Source: Eledone cirrhosa (taxonomy: Eukaryota). From it: a stretch of DNA of 64,000 nt. The stretch covers positions 28,272,001-28,336,000 of the forward strand of contig OZ024757.1 in assembly GCA_964016885.1 (NCBI GenBank), written 5' to 3'. The position numbers and the translations under genes are program-made. Shown here piece after piece: positions 61,014-64,000 of this stretch (the first letter of the stretch is position 1; each line of letters opens with the position of its first letter). The notes under the pieces were generated by a model. The model ran no database searches and was not told where the DNA came from. It worked only from the letters and a program-made list of their open reading frames with translations.

Positions 61014-64000
61014 ATCATCATCATCATCATCATCATCAGCGTTTAACGTCCGTGTTCCACGCTTGCATGGGTTTGGACGGGGGTAGTCCCACTTGAGGCA
61101 AGAGTGATTGTCTTGCTCGCATAGGACTGTCTGGCAGGTTTTCTACAGTTGGATGCCCTTCCTAACACCAACCACATTTACAGTGTGGGTCTGGGAGGTT
61201 TTTACCGTGTTGCCTACACGGCCACATTACAGCGTGGACTGTGTGTTTTTTTGTCGTGACACCTACACGATCTCATTTGTTTCGGCCTCGATGGCGCGGC
61301 ACCAACATAACTTTACATAGAACGGGGTGGTGTGGATCGGGTGGGGGTGGTGGGACGGGGTGTATTTGTTAGAGATGCCTACTGGCTGGAGTAGGTTTTA
61401 CTATATATTTAGGTAAGGCGGGTCTTCTCTGTTACTGAGTACCGCCAAAGGTCTCGGTCCAGTGACATTGTCTTGGAGAGGTGTAAGTGTGTGATGTCGG
61501 AGTTTATCAGCTCGTCCCAGGTTTTTCTAGGTCTGCCTATTCCGTGACTACCGTCTATCTTTATTGCCCTGCACTTTGTTATACAGCTATCGACTTTCAT
61601 GCGCATCACGTGTCCATACCAACGTAGCCTTCTCTCGAGTAAACAACATCTGATCCCTCTTATCTCTAATTTATTCCTTAGTTCGTTTATGCTTTGCCGT
61701 TCACGTATATTACTGTTACACATCCAGCGGAGCATGCAAGCTTCGTTCCTCTCTAGTCTGCGTATATCCTCTGCACACAATGCCCAGGTCTCACTGCCAT
61801 GCAGCATTGCTGTTCGTATGCAGGCATCGTACAACCTGCCTTTCATTTTTAGTGAGAACCCTTTAGCAGCTAATAGTGGTATAAGCTCTCTGAACTTTTT
61901 CCAACCAGTTCTGACTCTAGCTACAGTACTTTCAGAGCACCCTCCCCCACTGCTGATTTTATCGCCCAGGTAACGGAAGCTGTCCACTATTTCTATAGAA
62001 CCCTCTGCGCAATTGAAAGAGCTAGTAGTTTGTGGGCACTTGCTGCTACTTATTGCACCAGAGCACCGGCCACATGTAAAATCTATGTTCTTAGTTAGCC
62101 TACCTGTGATCCCACTACATCTTTTATGCACCCATACTTTGCATTTAGGACATAAAATGGAGTTTCTACCTACGCCTTTCCTACACACCGAGCACGACCA
62201 TTTCCCAGAAGGGACCGCCGCCTTGTTTTCTTTCCTACAAACTAGTACTTTGGTCTTAGCCAGGTTAATTTTAAGTCCTTTTGACTCTAGGCCGTGCTTC
62301 CATGTTTGGAATTTCTTCTCTAGCTCGGCCATTGATTCCGCTATGAGTGTCAGGTCGTCTGCGTATAGGAGTTCCCATGGGCAGCCTGTCTTGAACTCCT
62401 CTGTTATGGCCTGAAGGGCAATAATAAATAGTAGTGGACTGAGAACAGAGCCCTGATGGACGCCGACTTTTACGCTAAACTCTTCACTATATTCGTTGTT
62501 AATTCTAACCTTGCTGACTGTTTCTTTATACATGGCTTGTATAGCCCTCACAAGCCATTCGTCAACGCCTAGTTTTCTAAGAGCCCACCAGATAATGGAG
62601 CGGGGGACTCTGTCGAAGGCTTTCTCCAAGTCGACAAAAGCTAAGTAGAGGGGTTTACCTTTAGCTAGGTACTTCTCTTGTAGTTGTCGTACTATGAAAA
62701 GAGCGTCTGTGGTACTTTTGCCTGACACAAACCCGAACTGCATTTCATCTAGGTCAATTCTCTCTCTGATTAGTTGCGCTATTACTCTTTCCGTGACCTT
62801 CATGACCTGGTCGATTAATTTAATGCCTCTATAGTTACTCCTATCTAGGGCGTCTCCTTTACCCTTATAACAGTTAACGATGATGCTGCTATGCCAGTCC
62901 TTCGGAACAACCCCGTTTTGTACGACTTGGTTAACTATGCGGGTGACCATGGTGTGTCCCACCGTGCCAGATGCCTTCAGCATCTCAGCAACTATTTCCG
63001 AAGGCCCAGCCGCCTTACCAGTCTTCATATCCTTGATTGCCTTACTTATTATACTCCCCTCGACTAACACTGCTGGTCCCTCTATTGGGTCGATATGGGG
63101 GAGACTGCCTTTCTCCCAATTATTCTCCTCATTTAGAAGCCTTTCATAGTGACACTTCCAAGCTACCTTCTTATCAGCGTCGGTGATGGCAAGTGTGCCA
63201 TCGTCGTTTAGTACACACTTCTCCCCGACAATATCACGGTTTTCCTTGACGCATTGCCTAGCAATCCTGAACACCTCACGTTTTTGGTCATCGCGTTGTA
63301 GAACATGCTTGAACTTTCTTTCCTCAGCTTCCCTTCTTGCTAAGTACACTTGTCTCCTAGCTTCCCTCCTGGCCACTTGATAGTCCTCTCTACTTCCCCC
63401 ATCCCGCCATACTTTCCAAGCCTGCTTTTTGGCCTTAATTGACCCCTCCACCTTACTGTTCCACCACCATGTTACTCTCCTCCTGCCTACAGGCCTGCTC
63501 CAGCCACAGACCTCGTCTGTCGCCAACAGCAGGTTTGCTTTCAGAAATTCCCACTCTCCCTCTATATTGTCCGACTCTAAATGTTCTTCCTTACTGTCGA
63601 AAGCATCAAGTAATATGCTTTGAAATTTATTCCTGGCTGTGGGGTCCTTTAACTTCCATATTTTCCTCCTGAGGATAGTCCTCTTCTGTTGTCGAGTACG
63701 TCTCGTCCTGACTATGAGGTCGCTAATTATCAGTCTATGTTGGGAGGTGCATTCTTCATGGGGGAGGGATTTAGTGTTAACAACAGACACTCTGTCACGT
63801 CTTCTGGTAAGGATATAATCTACCTGGCTTGTGTGTTCCCCGGATCTATAGGTGATCAGGTGATTGTCACGTTTTTTGAAGTTAGTGTTACAGATAGTTA
63901 GGTTATTTGCATCACAGAATTCCAGGATTCTGGAGCCTTCCTCATTTCTAGTACCAAACCCATAGCCTCCATGGATTTCGTCGTAGCCGTCACAATGTTG
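61014..64000 (-). mobile_element. RTE-clade non-LTR retrotransposon (LINE), young copy running off the window end
   Basis: Single long ORF with APE endonuclease and RT, about 390-nt 3' UTR with a terminal stem-loop and an (ATG)n tail abutting a (TA)n/(TATG)n tract. Confidence 0.95.
61409..64000 (-). CDS. RTE ORF: C-terminal part of APE endonuclease + reverse transcriptase with embedded PHD finger (5' end outside window)
   Basis: The frame stays open from 64000 (QHCDGYDEIHGGYGFGTRNEEGSRILEFC...TYRSGEHTSQVDYIL...SQHRL, APE motifs) through [39 protein letters not shown] and FRYLG, with an RTE-type C-terminus [10 protein letters not shown]...GRPRKTW; stop at 61409. Confidence 0.95.
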   Translation of the reverse strand, partial: QHCDGYDEIHGGYGFGTRNEEGSRILEFCDANNLTICNTNFKKRDNHLITYRSGEHTSQVDYILTRRRDRVSVVNTKSLPHEECTSQHRLIISDLIVRTRRTRQQKRTILRRKIWKLKDPTARNKFQSILLDAFDSKEEHLESDNIEGEWEFLKANLLLATDEVCGWSRPVGRRRVTWWWNSKVEGSIKAKKQAWKVWRDGGSREDYQVARREARRQVYLARREAEERKFKHVLQRDDQKREVFRIARQCVKENRDIVGEKCVLNDDGTLAITDADKKVAWKCHYERLLNEENNWEKGSLPHIDPIEGPAVLVEGSIISKAIKDMKTGKAAGPSEIVAEMLKASGTVGHTMVTRIVNQVVQNGVVPKDWHSSIIVNCYKGKGDALDRSNYRGIKLIDQVMKVTERVIAQLIRERIDLDEMQFGFVSGKSTTDALFIVRQLQEKYLAKGKPLYLAFVDLEKAFDRVPRSIIWWALRKLGVDEWLVRAIQAMYKETVSKVRINNEYSEEFSVKVGVHQGSVLSPLLFIIALQAITEEFKTGCPWELLYADDLTLIAESMAELEKKFQTWKHGLESKGLKINLAKTKVLVCRKENKAAVPSGKWSCSVCRKGVGRNSILCPKCKVWVHKRCSGITGRLTKNIDFTCGRCSGAISSSKCPQTTSSFNCAEGSIEIVDSFRYLGDKISSGGGCSESTVARVRTGWKKFRELIPLLAAKGFSLKMKGRLYDACIRTAMLHGSETWALCAEDIRRLERNEACMLRWMCNSNIRERQSINELRNKLEIRGIRCCLLERRLRWYGHVMRMKVDSCITKCRAIKIDGSHGIGRPRKTWDELINSDITHLHLSKTMSLDRDLWRYSVTEKTRLT

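Noticed and set aside
58571-63901. Plus-strand ORFs overlapping the RTE copies
   Set aside because: Antisense shadows of the RT ORF.

Overview
Very AT-rich animal DNA dominated by (TA)n/(TG)n microsatellites. The repeat landscape (RTE LINEs with (ATG)n tails, tRNA-derived SINEs, huge TA tracts) suggests an octopus or other coleoid cephalopod, which is an inference. The only host coding sequence I can support is a 65-nt first coding exon at 7825-7889 (+), MVDDWVIKTMYATKRRRRTVK|gtaagg. It matches the N-terminal basic region of invertebrate aryl hydrocarbon receptor/spineless and is missed by the ORF track. I found no bHLH exon 2, so the rest of the window (>56 kb) is probably AHR intron 1. That intron holds two near-identical, head-to-tail RTE-clade LINEs with a PHD finger inside the RT, many RTE 3' stubs, two SINE families and piggyBac-like MITE remnants. 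It also holds a dispersed set of short, often palindromic elements with type I hammerhead-ribozyme-like cores (CUGANGA...GAAA-C-N4-GUA) and unusually long helix II, probably Penelope-like/retrozyme-type, plus several fold-back palindromes centred on (TA)n tracts. All long IYIY-type ORFs are microsatellite artefacts.
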